A model generated the notes under the pieces. That model was not told where the DNA came from and searched no databases. It saw only the letters and a list, made by a program, of their open reading frames with translations. From NCBI RefSeq assembly GCF_009914755.1, contig NC_060926.1: 64,000 nt of DNA; one strand, 5' to 3'. Source of the stretch: the human T2T-CHM13v2.0 reference genome, Homo sapiens. Shown in pieces: positions 15,579-29,136 of the stretch. The first letter of the stretch is position 1. Every line of letters starts with the position of its first letter. Position numbers and translations under genes: made by a program.

Positions 15579-16099
15579 ATGTGTGTCTTAGGAAAGGGTT
15601 CCCAGAGGAAAGAACGTTTCTGCCCAGGCCTGAATAGGAACTGGAATGGGATGGGAGAGGCAGGTGCCTCGGGAGCAGGGACAGTGGGGACGGATGGCAG
15701 AATGTCAAGTGCAGCGTGCCTAAAGAACGCCAAGTGCAGTGTGCCTAAAGGGTCTACCCAGGAGGGCACAGCACCCTGAGACGCTAGAAAAGCAAGCAGT
15801 CCATGCCACAGGGGGCTGCAATTTTACTCTAAGAATAAAAGGGAGCAACCAGTGGTGAGGTGGTTTAAAGTGGAATTGGATTTTGGAGACCTCTCTCGAG
15901 GCTGGACTGGAGATGGGGAAGTCCTCTCACGAAGCAGGACCAGTTAAGAGGCTGCTGTGGAGCTCCAGGGAAGTGATGACGGCACTGCCCAGGAGCCCAC
16001 TCACCTGACAGGATGGAGCCATCTCTCAGGCCCCTAAGATCACCCTCGCCAATTTCACCAGTAGCTGTTCCAAGGGGCAGGCTGGGAATGCACTACAGA

Positions 16100-16330
16100 C
16101 CACAAAGACATGGATACGACAGCCTCATTTACCACCTCTAGGCCAGACTGCCTGAGTCTGAACCCAGCTCTGCCCCCTATGGCTTCTTAACCTCTGTTCC
16201 TCAATACCCTCCTTTATAAAATGGGGATGACAATGGTACCAAACACTGAGGGCTGTGGTGAACATTACATTAGTTAGTATATATAACATGTCTACAATAG
16301 ATGAGAATAAAGTGAGTAGGAAAGCACTTA
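16100..16330 (+). mobile_element. MIR
   Basis: ccagactgcctgagtctgaacccagctctgcc...cttaacctct...ataaaatggggatga. Confidence 0.7.
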
Positions 16331-17623
16331 TTTCTTTTTGTCATATCTATGTTTTGTAGCATGTGGGTTCATTTGTGGGGGCAGGGAGTGAATTTACTGT
16401 GAAAAGCAGAATATAAAGCAGCTCATTAATAATTTACATAGTGTGCAGCTGTGTTATTAGGTGCATAAGAGTTTAGAAATGGAAACTTTTTGGGAAATTG
16501 AAACTTTGATCTACCTGTTTCTTTTCAATTTTTAAAATGTAGTTACTAGAAAATATAAAATTGGACAAGTGGCTCAGGTTATGTTTCCACTGGACAGTGG
16601 TGATCTAGACGAAGGATGAGCAAGAAGCCCACATCAGTCCCTAAGTCCTGGGTGACAACAACTGGACTGCAGAAAGTGACAAGCAAAGAGAGGAGAGTAT
16701 CAGAGGCCATACTTGTCCTACTCTTTTCTGCTAGAGTATAGATTAGAGATGAGAATAAGATGTTTATGAAAAGCAAAAAGGGGGTGAAGAACAGGGCAGA
16801 AGAGGATAAAAACACAGAGGCTGAGGAGGAGAGAGGAAGGCTGAGGAAGAAACGACACGTGTAACAGAAAAACTGCCCCTGCTCAGAACTCAATACACAT
16901 AAGCTCTGAATTATGAAAAAGAGATGGTCTTAAAAACAGCCTTAACAGTCAAAAGACAGAAGTACTATTCCACCAAAGCAGACCTTTCTAATCTGTTATT
17001 TTTATCAAACTGATCCTATCCTATCACATGATACTTAACTGTTATAATCCCAGATGTTAAAAATTGAAGGAAAAAAGGAAAGAATTCATGGGTACAGGAC
17101 TTGGTGAACCATCCAATAACTTAATCCTGAACATTTTTCCATGCTGTAATAACGGGACAACAAAAATGTCTTACATGGCCTCAAAAACCCAAATAAGAAA
17201 TGGGCTTTTCCTCTAGGTCACGGATAATTTTTAGCAGAAATGCAGAGAAAGCAGGCCACAGAAGTAGACATAAAGTATAGGAAGTGCAGTATTATGAGAG
17301 CTCAGAGAGGAGTGGTTTGTTTGCAGCAACAAGGGTGGGAGTTGAGACCAAGCCAGGCAGTTTCACCAGAGAAACACTTCCCTTAGGTCAGAGGCTCTTG
17401 GGGAGCTAAGGGTTCCTCACAGCTCACCTTGCCCTGCTGCCTGACCCACTGGGAGACTGGGGCCTATAGGTGACCACACTTGCTGGCACCATACACAGCC
17501 AGGTAGAAACTGATCCTGACTGCCAGAAGGACTCCTGATTCCTTCCCCAGTCTCCTTAGAACTGTGGCCCTCATCAGCAAACAGTGAGGAACTACCAGTG
17601 TGATCATTTCAAAACTGGAATAA

Positions 17624-18620
<997 letters not shown>

Positions 18621-20565
18621 AAAAAAAAAGAGGAAAAAAAAGTTTTGTCTGTCTGGTGTCCAGGTAAGACAAGCCTGGTAGTGTCCTTGAAGCCTCAAAG
18701 CTGATTTTTCTCCTGCTCCCTTACGCATTTCACTTGCTTCTCCTCTGCACGTGTGCTTAAGCTGGCTGTCTCCCGGGCGAGCCTGCGTGTCACCGTCATA
18801 TTTATGGTTTCCTCCCACACCAGGCCTGTGATTCACCCCACTTTGGATGCCTTTGCTAACTTATGCCACCCACACTGATCCAGCCCTTGCTTTTCCTTCC
18901 TCAGCAGTTAGGCAGCTTGGAGCATCATTAACATGTGTATATTCCCAGTTGTTTTACTTCTGCCAGAGCTTCCCAGCAGACTAAAACCACGGAGCATGCC
19001 CTTCGGGAGTGATCTCAGTCCTCCATCGTGTCCACAGGCAGTGCGGATTAAATCGCTCCTCAGGAGCCAGGAGGGTGTGGAAGGTGAGCTTTATCCCTTC
19101 TCCCAGAAACTGCTGGCTCCAAGACACCCACCTCAGCCCTCCAGGACCTGGAATGGACTCCCACAGAGGACTCACCAACCTCTTTTCATTCATTGCCTCC
19201 CGAGGCCAACCTGCTAGATAAATTCCCCTCATTGCTGCAAATAGTCCCACAAGGCAAGCAGGGAAGAACTAGAGGAGCAAACCAAAGAACAAAGAGTGTG
19301 TTCTTATTCTGCCACGGATATATCCTTAACGTTCATCACCAATCTATTTTGATAACATGCAACAATTTACAATTTATGCCAAAATTATAAGAACTGTCCA
19401 AATAGTCGTAAATGTGAGCTCTCAAAATTTCTGCCTGTCAGCCCTCTCTCTTCCATGAGCCCCTTCATGCCTTCCTATCTCACCTGTTTCTTTTCTCGCC
19501 TAGACGAAGAAATGCTGATCATAACCCAGAATATCCAAGGGTCATTTCATCTTACAAAAACAGCAGCATCCATATAACAGGCACATGGGTAAAAGACTCA
19601 AGACATGCTGGTTATATGCTCTCGCAGTTCGTATGAATCTCTCCTTCTCCAAGTGACAGCTGGAATTCAGGTGCTTCTAGGCTCTGTTACTAGCAATGTT
19701 AGACACTCCTCGAAGCTGTCAAGCTCTCAGGATTACACAAGTGAAACCACAACCTGTCCTGACTGTATTCAAGTCTGTGCCCCTTCATGCAGCAGAAATG
19801 GATTCCTCTTCCACAGTTTCAGCAGCTGTATCCTTCCGTGGAAAAGGATTAGCAGCCATAAGCCCGGGGGAGGGCAGCTAAACACCAGAGGGCAGGAGAT
19901 GAGTCTCCTTCCTCTCTGTGACACCCAGCACGGCCCTGCCACGAGGAGCAGGCAACCACTGGTGCCAGATGAAGCGCAGCACATAAAACCATTTTCCCCT
20001 TCAAATGAACGATGCCTAATTAAGCAAAAGCCGCATGCATGACTTAAGACATGAGGATATAAAATTCGTCTTCCGAGTCAGCTAGAGATTCTGCAGGATC
20101 CTCTACCCTCGTAAACGTATTTTTTTATGATTAGAAAAACCCGGGGCCTGGAAGGGACCTCGGCCATCGGCAGGGTAAGCTTCTCAGGAGAGACCATGAG
20201 CCCGAGCCCCACAGGGGGATCAGTGTCTGCCAAGGTCACCAAGCGGGTGTGAGGCAAGGGCAGGGCTCCTCGGGGATGCTCTCGGAAAACCCTGCGTTAC
20301 TTACACACGCAAGGCGTACAATGAATGCACACCCGCGTCAAGCCACGGCTTACAATTCAGAAGAAATCAAAAGGTCGCCAAAACCTGTCTTCTCCGCAAG
20401 GCTGGCTGCAGAGAGGGTGCAGGGAAGGTCACCGGCAAATTTCTACCAGCGGCCCCACATCACGCCTCCCCGATGGATGCAGAGAGAGGTTTCAGGAGCT
20501 GCTAGTAACCTTGCAGGGGGTTCCCTAAGCCCATCCCAGGAAAACGAGTTAACTCGGCTCTGCTA

Positions 20566-21087
<522 letters not shown>

Positions 21088-21110
21088 TCAGATGCGGAGG
21101 AGGGGCGCGT

Positions 21111-21148
21111 GGGCGGGGTCTGACGTCACGAGGACGCGGACGGCCAAT
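21111..21148. promoter_or_regulatory. GC box + consensus CRE + CCAAT box cluster
   Basis: GGGCGGGG at 21111-21118, palindromic TGACGTCA at 21121-21128, GGCCAATC with CCAAT at 21144-21148; about 140 bp upstream of the ATG. Confidence 0.85.
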
Positions 21149-21235
21149 CGGAGAGCACGATGCCTCCGCGGCGGCCCCCGCCCCCGGGCGCGCGGCCAGT
21201 CAGCCCTGCGGTGCGGTGGGCATTGCCAGAGCAGG

Positions 21236-21249
21236 GCGCCCCCTGCAGG
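21236..21249 (-). promoter_or_regulatory. CTCF-like motif
   Basis: Minus strand reads CCTGCAGGGGGCGC, close to the CTCF core consensus. Confidence 0.5.
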
Positions 21250-21349
21250 GACGCACCCGGGGCGGGGGCCAGGCTGGGGCGAGCCCCCCTTGGTTCTGGA
21301 GAGGAAATGACATACAGTTTGTGAAAGCATAAATATTCGTGAAAATAAG

Positions 21350-23060
21350 AAAATTCAGGAAGGAAACAAAGCTTAAGGCAGTGATTGATAGGTTATTTCT
21401 TGGACACAGCTGAACGTATACTGTGCGCCTGCAACTTTCCGGTGGTTTCGGACCGGACTTCAGTGAAGCCAGTGAAGTCGGTCGACTTGCAGAACTTCCT
21501 TTCAGAGGGGCGTACACAGCACCGCGGCCGTGTGCCTGTGATCTCCTTCTGAGTTTGAAAAAGAAGATCCTAGACACCGAGCCAAATATGTTTGCATAAA
21601 CCGGGAGACTTGTGGCTCTATTTTGTAACAGCTTGGCGCAGGGCAGCTGGTTTGGAGATGTCTCTGTTCTTCCCTTGGTGGGGGTGCCGGAAAAAATGTG
21701 CTGCCTGGGCGATCGAGGTTGGGGCAAAAGCGTTGCAAAGGAAAAGGTGGGAGGACTCTACTTTCACATTTCCCAAAAGAGTTTTACCATAAGACTATTT
21801 CTGGATTGTTCTAACGTGAGGATATTGGGAGCATTTTGAAAATACTGGAGGAAAAGCTGTCACTGGGCGATTTAAATCCGGTAAGTTGGCCAAGGCAGAG
21901 CAGCTGCTGGGGTCAGCGACAGCTGACCCTTGCAGCTGAGTATCTTGCCCTCTTAATCTTGGAGATCAGCCCAAGGCCCATGTGTTACAGGAAAGGGGTC
22001 CCGATCTAGACCCCAAGAGAGGGTTCTTCGATCTCACGCAAGAAACAATTCAGAGTAAGTCCACAGTGCAAAGTAAAAGCAAGTTTATTAAGAAAGTAAA
22101 GTGGTGGCTGGGCACAGTGGCTCACGCGTAATCCCAGCACTTTGGGAGGCTGAGACGGACAGATCACCTGATGTCAGGAGTTCAAGACCAGCTGGCCAAC
22201 ATGGCAAAACCCCGTCTCTACTAGAAATACAAATATTGGCCGGGCGTGGTGGCGCAAGCCTGTTGTCTCAGCTACTCACGGGGCTGAGGCAGGAGAATCG
22301 CTTGAACCCGGGAGGCAGAGGCTACAGTGAGCCGAGATCGCCACTGCACTCCAGCAGGGCATTCCTGAAAATAAGAGGAGGGACATATCCAACTAAGGTA
22401 CAATGCTTGTAATGCTTGTATATATGGGCAGATGTCTTCTGCTACAAGGGTTTGTGATAAAGGATTAATTTTCCCTAATTACTATATTTTGCAATAATCA
22501 ATATTATTATTTTTAAAGCAAAATTAGGAATGCCTTTGTTCTCCAGATATCGGGATATCTGGACTCTCTCAAGTCTGGGTCTGTTTAGTAAGCATTATTA
22601 ATTTGTTCTCTTAACCATAAACACCTAGAGGCTAGGAATGCCTAGCTTTCAGGAAATGCAGCCTAGCAAGTCCCAGCCTCATTTTTCTAGCCCTCACTCA
22701 AAATGGAGGCGCTCTGGTTTGAACACTTCTGACACATGTGCTTGATGCAACACTCTTTACCTCTCTTTGTCTCCCCTGTCCTTCCCCTTCTCTTCCAGAT
22801 TCCCCTTGTCGGCAAAGCCAGGCGCTGATAGCGTTATGGCTGCCATGAGAGTCAGCAGTATCCCAGCTTCCAAGGATGGGTGTAAGGTGGGGGTGAGGAA
22901 GAAAAGGAACTTGAAGCTGCCTCCTGTCCCAGAATCACAAGACATCTGTTAAGCCCTTACTACCTCATTCACTCCACTCACATTAGGTTGACCCACTTGG
23001 GCAGCAAGACAAGCAGGCCTGCAAACTTCCTTTTCTTCATCAGCCACAGAGACATCCTCA
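21350..23060 (+). ncRNA. ST3GAL5-AS1: Divergent spliced lncRNA (ST3GAL5-AS1-like); ends approximate
   Basis: Donor CCG|GTAAGT at 21881; long pyrimidine tract ending TTCCAG| at 22798; head-to-head with ST3GAL5. The symbol is from recall of the locus. Confidence 0.55.
21983..22734 (-). mobile_element. MER41-family ERV1 solo LTR (probably MER41C/D) containing a tailless AluS (~22106-22356, +)
   Basis: TGTTACAGGAAAGGGGTCCCGAT...TCTGACA termini; 4-bp TSD CATG (21979-82 / 22735-38). Confidence 0.85.
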
Positions 23061-23184
23061 GCTATTATTCTGGATTAAGGCAGAGATCTCCAAACAGCAG
23101 ACTAAGATCAGCCTCTAGATCTCAAAGCCTTACTGTTATCTCTCCAAGTCAGTGGCTGATCTCAGAGAAGCTTCTGAATAGTGA

Positions 23185-23531
<347 letters not shown>

Positions 23532-23548
23532 AAAACCAGTTATTTTTT

Positions 23549-23840
<292 letters not shown>

Positions 23841-23866
23841 AGTTATTTTTTATCAATATATATTAA

Positions 23867-24199
<333 letters not shown>

Positions 24200-24400
24200 A
24201 GATTTATTATTTTAATGACTTAATAAATATTTTAAAATTTAAATATTTAAATTAAATTAAATATTTAAAAATTTCTCAGTTTTAATTTTTAATTTGGCAA
24301 ATATCAAGAGAAAGACCATGTCAAAAAGATTCTTTGGGATCCTCAGTAATTTCTAGGTGTGTAAATTGATCCTGAGACCAGAGTTTGAGACTTACTGGTC
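24200..24400. mobile_element. hAT-Charlie DNA transposon end (MER33/Charlie1-like)
   Basis: aaatttctcagttttaattt...ctttgggatcctcagtaatttc...cctgagacc...gtttgaga terminal motif. Confidence 0.6.
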
Positions 24401-26309
24401 TCAGCCACCCAGATAGCCCCATTGCCCCATCCTCCTTGCCACTAGGAATGGTTCATGGGTAGCCACAGGAACCACACTGATCCAATCAGAGGAAGTCTCA
24501 GGAATTTATTGGATGCTGGGGGAGAGATGCTTTCATGTTCTGCTAGACAAGAACTAGGCAGTAAGTAGCCTCAGAAGCTGTTGGTAAGACAGACATCTTG
24601 GACTACAAGAAGAGCTTATTTTAGGAAGAAAGTAATGCTGTGGGAAGCAGAAGACCACGGTTAGAAAGAAACCATTTCCTTTATGACATTTTTGAGTCAC
24701 TAAATCAAACCAGTCCTGAAGTCCATCTTGCCTCCGTACATTTCACCTGTATGAGATAGTAAGTTCCTCTGTGGTTTCAACTAGCCAACCCCAGATGCCC
24801 CAACTGATTCGCTATGTACCTACTTATGCAACACAAGTTGCAATGATGAAATGAGGCTGGAAGGCAGAGAAGGGTCCAGGAGGAAAGTACCTAGCTCAGG
24901 CAAATGGGATCTTCAGCGGCATATGATCGTAAGCAGCAAGATTATAGCAGATTTTTACTTCTTATTTTTATTTTTGCTTTTCTGTATTTCCCATATTGGT
25001 CAACATGCATATGTATTGCTTTTACACTGAGGAAAAATTAGAACCTATATTATTACTTTTTTTGATAGTGCAATGACTGGCAGCGCAATATTAGAGAACA
25101 GGTTGGGGAATGGGATATGGCAATAGAACTCTTAGGCTAGAACTGCTAGCAGGGAAGAAAGAAGATTTGCAAGGGATGCAGATGGGCCCCAAAACCAAAC
25201 TTACTTTCATTTACAGCTTTGCCAAGAGCCAACCTCAGAGATTCCAGGGGATGAACAAGAATCCCCAAAGGTTAAGAAATCATTAATTATGCCTCAGTCT
25301 AATTGGCTGGAATATTTGCAGGGAGAAAAATGTGGCCAACGTGAAGATCATATGTCAATACTGGAAAAGACTTAGGATATAATATTAAGTGAAAAAAATT
25401 AAAAAGGCAACACATCGTATGCAAACATCTATCATGTGGCCAAAAACTGGAAGAGAACTTGGAAAAAGAAAATAGTTGTGTTAGGGTGGTGGGATCACAA
25501 GTAATCTTTCTTCCTTTTTAACAAATCTGTTTTAATGTTGTTATAATGTTGTTTTTTGCAATAAGTAAAAATGTAGGGAGTCATTGGTTCAAATTACTGA
25601 GGTCTCAAAGAGGTCTCTCCAAACGGCCTGTTTCTTTTTGCCTGCCAAATGGCCCTCATCCCATGCCATGACAGAAGCTGTGCCTTCCCTGAGGGCCCAG
25701 TGTCTTTGAAACTGTTAGGGGTGATGCTGATGTGACTGATTTGTAGGTGGCCAGAAGGAAAGGCGGGAAGAAAGATGTTGGTGGCAGCCAAGACCGAGGA
25801 AGTCTGTGAGGCAGGAGGGGTGAGGGGTCCCTTGCCCTGTGACATAACCTTGTCGTGTTGGAGTTTCAGGCCCAGGTTACTTACTGAAGCATTGTCTTTT
25901 TATGTTGGACTTCTGTCTGGTCCCCCTGAGACGTTGTCTCTTCCGCAGGCCCTCGGGGGCTGGAGCACAGCTGTAGCCAACAGAACACAGGCTCTGTCTG
26001 CTGCCCTGAAGCACAAAGGAAGTTGGTCTCTTGAGGTTTTTCTAGGAATGTTTTCCTGTGAGCAATCACAGGAGAAGCGGGAGTAAAACAAACAAAGGAG
26101 GGAAAAAGATGACACAAAAACATCATGGGAAGGCTGGCGGTTGGCAGAGGAGGCTCAGATTGAGGAAACAATCCCTCATGGAATGAATTCTTCTGTTAGT
26201 GGAGTGATGCATATTGACAGATCCAGGCACATCTTCAGGCTGCCCTTCTGTCTGTCCCTCACCCATATATTCATTCTACAAATATTTGCTGAGAGCCTAT
26301 TATGTGTGA

Positions 26310-26495
26310 GGCATCATGCTAAGTGCATAACATAAATTACTTCATTTTATCTTCACAGTGTCCCTTTAAGGTAGGGTCTCTTATCCCCATATCTTACCCA
26401 AGGAACCCGAGGCTTAGAGAAACTTAAGGAGATAAAACAACCTGCCCAGGGTCACAAAGTCAGGATTCAAACCCAGGATGTCAGAGTCCAGAGCC
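26310..26495 (-). mobile_element. MIR
   Basis: gaggcttagaga...cctgcccagggtcaca...ggattcaaacccagg. Confidence 0.7.
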
Positions 26496-26969
26496 TGTTA
26501 CCAGTAGAGGGTCCTGACAAATCAGTAGTCGTCCAGGTTCTTGGCGTTTTGAACAAAGAATTGGACAAAATGCACAAACAAAGCAACAAAAGAATGAAGG
26601 AAAGAAAGCGCAGATTTATTGAAATGAAAGTATACTCCACAGAGTAGGAATGGCCCGAGTGAATGGTTCAAGAGGGCTGGTTACAGAATTTTCTGGGGTT
26701 TAAATACCCTCTAGAGGTTTCCCACTGGTTACTTGGTTATACCCTATGTAAACAAAGGAGTGAACCGTGACCAGTCTGATTGGTTGCGGGAGGGGACCAG
26801 TCAGAGGTACTTTCCATTTTTCATCTGTGATGCAGTGCAAAGGGAGTGGCCTCTGATCCTTTTGTTACTTGGGTATGGAGAGGTGGGGTTTTCCATCTGA
26901 TTCAATTTTAGGAAGTCAGTGCAAATCAGCCTTAGGTTCCCTGCCTCCAGACCTTATTCTCTTGCCTCA
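26496..26969 (-). mobile_element. ERV1 solo LTR (MER51/LTR15-like)
   Basis: Minus-strand start TGAGGCAAGAGAATAAGGTCTGGAGGCAGGGAACCTAAGG; 4-bp TSD AGCC. Confidence 0.8.
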
Positions 26970-26981
26970 AGCCTACCTAAG

Positions 26982-27342
26982 TGATAGGGTTTGGCTGTGT
27001 CCCCACCCAAACCTCATCTTGAATTGTAGCTCCCATAATTCCTACATGTTGTGGGAGGGACCCAGTGGGAGATAATTAAATCATGGGGGCAGTTTCCTCC
27101 AGACTGTTCTTGTGGTAGTGAAGAAGTCTCATGTGATCTGATGGTTTTATAAGGGGAAACCCCTTTCGCTCAGTTCTCATTCTCTCTTGTCTGCCGCCAT
27201 GTAAGATGTGCCTTTCACCTTCCACTGTGATTGTGAGGCCTCCCCGCCACATGGAACTGTGAGTCCATTAAACCTCTTTTTCTTTATAAATTACCCAGTC
27301 ATGGGTATGTCTTTATCAGCAGCATGAAAACAGACTAATACA
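26982..27342 (+). mobile_element. THE1B-type solo LTR
   Basis: THE1 LTR consensus; 5-bp TSD CTAAG. Confidence 0.88.
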
Positions 27343-27466
27343 CTAAGACATAGTCCTCACCCTGAAGGATCAAATGGTCTAACAGAAGAGAAAGACACTT
27401 CTAACAAACAAACAAACAAAAACCAGTAAAACAACAAGATAAGAGAAAAACTAACAAGGAGCCAAA

Positions 27467-27760
27467 GGCAGGGTGCAGTGGCTCACTCTTGCAATCTCAG
27501 CCCTTTGGGAGGCCAAGGTGGGAGGATCGCTTGACCCTGAGTTTGAGACTAGCCTGGGTAATATAGTGAGACCTCATCTCTACAAAAAAATTTAAAAAAT
27601 TAGCTGGATGTGGTAGCTTGCACATGTGGTCCCTGCTACTTGGGAGGCTGAGGCAGGAGGGTTGCTTGAGGAGTTTGAGGCTGCAGTGAGCCATGATCAA
27701 ACCACTGCACTCTAGCCTGGGTGACAGAGTGAGACCCTGTCCTCCCACCCCCAAAAAAAG
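27467..27760 (+). mobile_element. AluJ
   Basis: Diverged dimeric Alu. Confidence 0.88.
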
Positions 27761-28013
27761 AGCCCTAGGAGCATCAAGGGGGCACAGCAGAATCCGTCTT
27801 GGAGCTCAAGGCCACCTCTTAAAGGGGTGAGACTGGTTTTGAAGGATAAGGTAGGTATACTGATAGGCATATTAGTTTCAGGCTATACTTATTTTATTTC
27901 TGTGTAATACATTACCACAAATTAGATTAAAACGACACATCTTTATTATCTCACAGTTTAAGTCAGGTACAGTATAGCTGGATTCTCCACCCAGGGGCTC
28001 ACATGACTGAAAT

Positions 28014-28826
28014 TGTTACCAAAATAGGGCTTTGGTCTAAGTCCCACTACTCCCAGCACAGAAAGCCAATCACTGAGACAATAAGTATTGTCAGTGAAGA
28101 AGGCTTTAGTCTGTTGCTACAGCCAAGGAGATAGGAGAACAGTTTCAAATCTATTTCCCTGACCTACTAAAATTAGGGGTTTAGGCCAGGTGCAGTGGCT
28201 CATGCCTGTAATCCCCGCACTTTGAGAGGCCGAGGCAGGCAGATCACCTGAGGTCAGAAGTTCAAGACCAGCCTGGCCAATGTGGCAAAACCCTGTCTCT
28301 ACTAAAAATACAAAAATTAGCTGGGCATGATGGCATGTGCCTTTAGTCTCAGCTACTTAGGAGGCTGAGGCAGGAGAATCGCTTGAACCCAGGAGGTGGA
28401 GGTTTCAGTGAGCCGAGATTGTGCCATTGCGCTCCAGCCTGAGTGACAAGAGCGAAATTCCATTTCAAAATAAATAAATAGATAAAAATAAATAAATAAA
28501 TAAAATTAGGGGTTTAAATACCAAGGAAGAAATGTAACCACGGCTGTGAAAATAGGAATTAGGAAGGAGTAAGGAAGAGGAGTTGGTCAACAGTAAGCAA
28601 GTGGTCTTCTGGCAGATGAGGAGTCTGGCATCTCATTGTCCAGATTCAGTGATATGTAAGTTTCTGTTCCTTGATACTACCTGGAAGGCCCGATGGTTTC
28701 CAGAGAAAGGAACCCAGATAACAAAAATGTAATTTCTCAAGTTTCAAGACTTGAGGGGTCAATTTCCATGTTTATTCAAAAGAAACAATAAATATCAGTT
28801 CTATGGGACAATTGGGCCAGTTTTCA
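28014..28826 (-). mobile_element. MER31-like ERV1 solo LTR containing an AluS (28184-28501, +)
   Basis: TG...CA termini with 4-bp TSD AAAT; Alu TSD aaaattaggggttta. Confidence 0.75.
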
Positions 28827-28841
28827 AAATCAAGATGGTGG

Positions 28842-29136
28842 GGCTGGGTACAGTGGCTCACGCCTGTAATCCCAGCACTTTTGGAGGTGGAGGCGGGCCA
28901 ATAGCTTGAGCCCAGGAGTTCGAGACCAGCCTGGACAACATGGTGAGACCCCGTCTCTACAAAAAATACAAAAATTAACCAGGCATGGTGACACATGCCT
29001 GGTCCAGCTACTTGGAAGGCTGAGGTGGGTGGATCACCTGAGACCTGGAGGTCAAGGCTACAGTGATCCATGCTCATGCCACTGCACTCCAGCCTAGGTG
29101 ACAGAGCAAGACCCCTTTCTCAAAGGAAAAAAAGAA
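28842..29136 (+). mobile_element. AluJ
   Basis: Alu with aatcaag(a/g)tggtgg flanks. Confidence 0.88.

Noticed and set aside
13003-15769. 145-216 aa ORFs in the THE1 element, including two similar ORF pairs
   Set aside because: They come from the duplicated LTRs and the decayed internal region; no gag/pol motifs.
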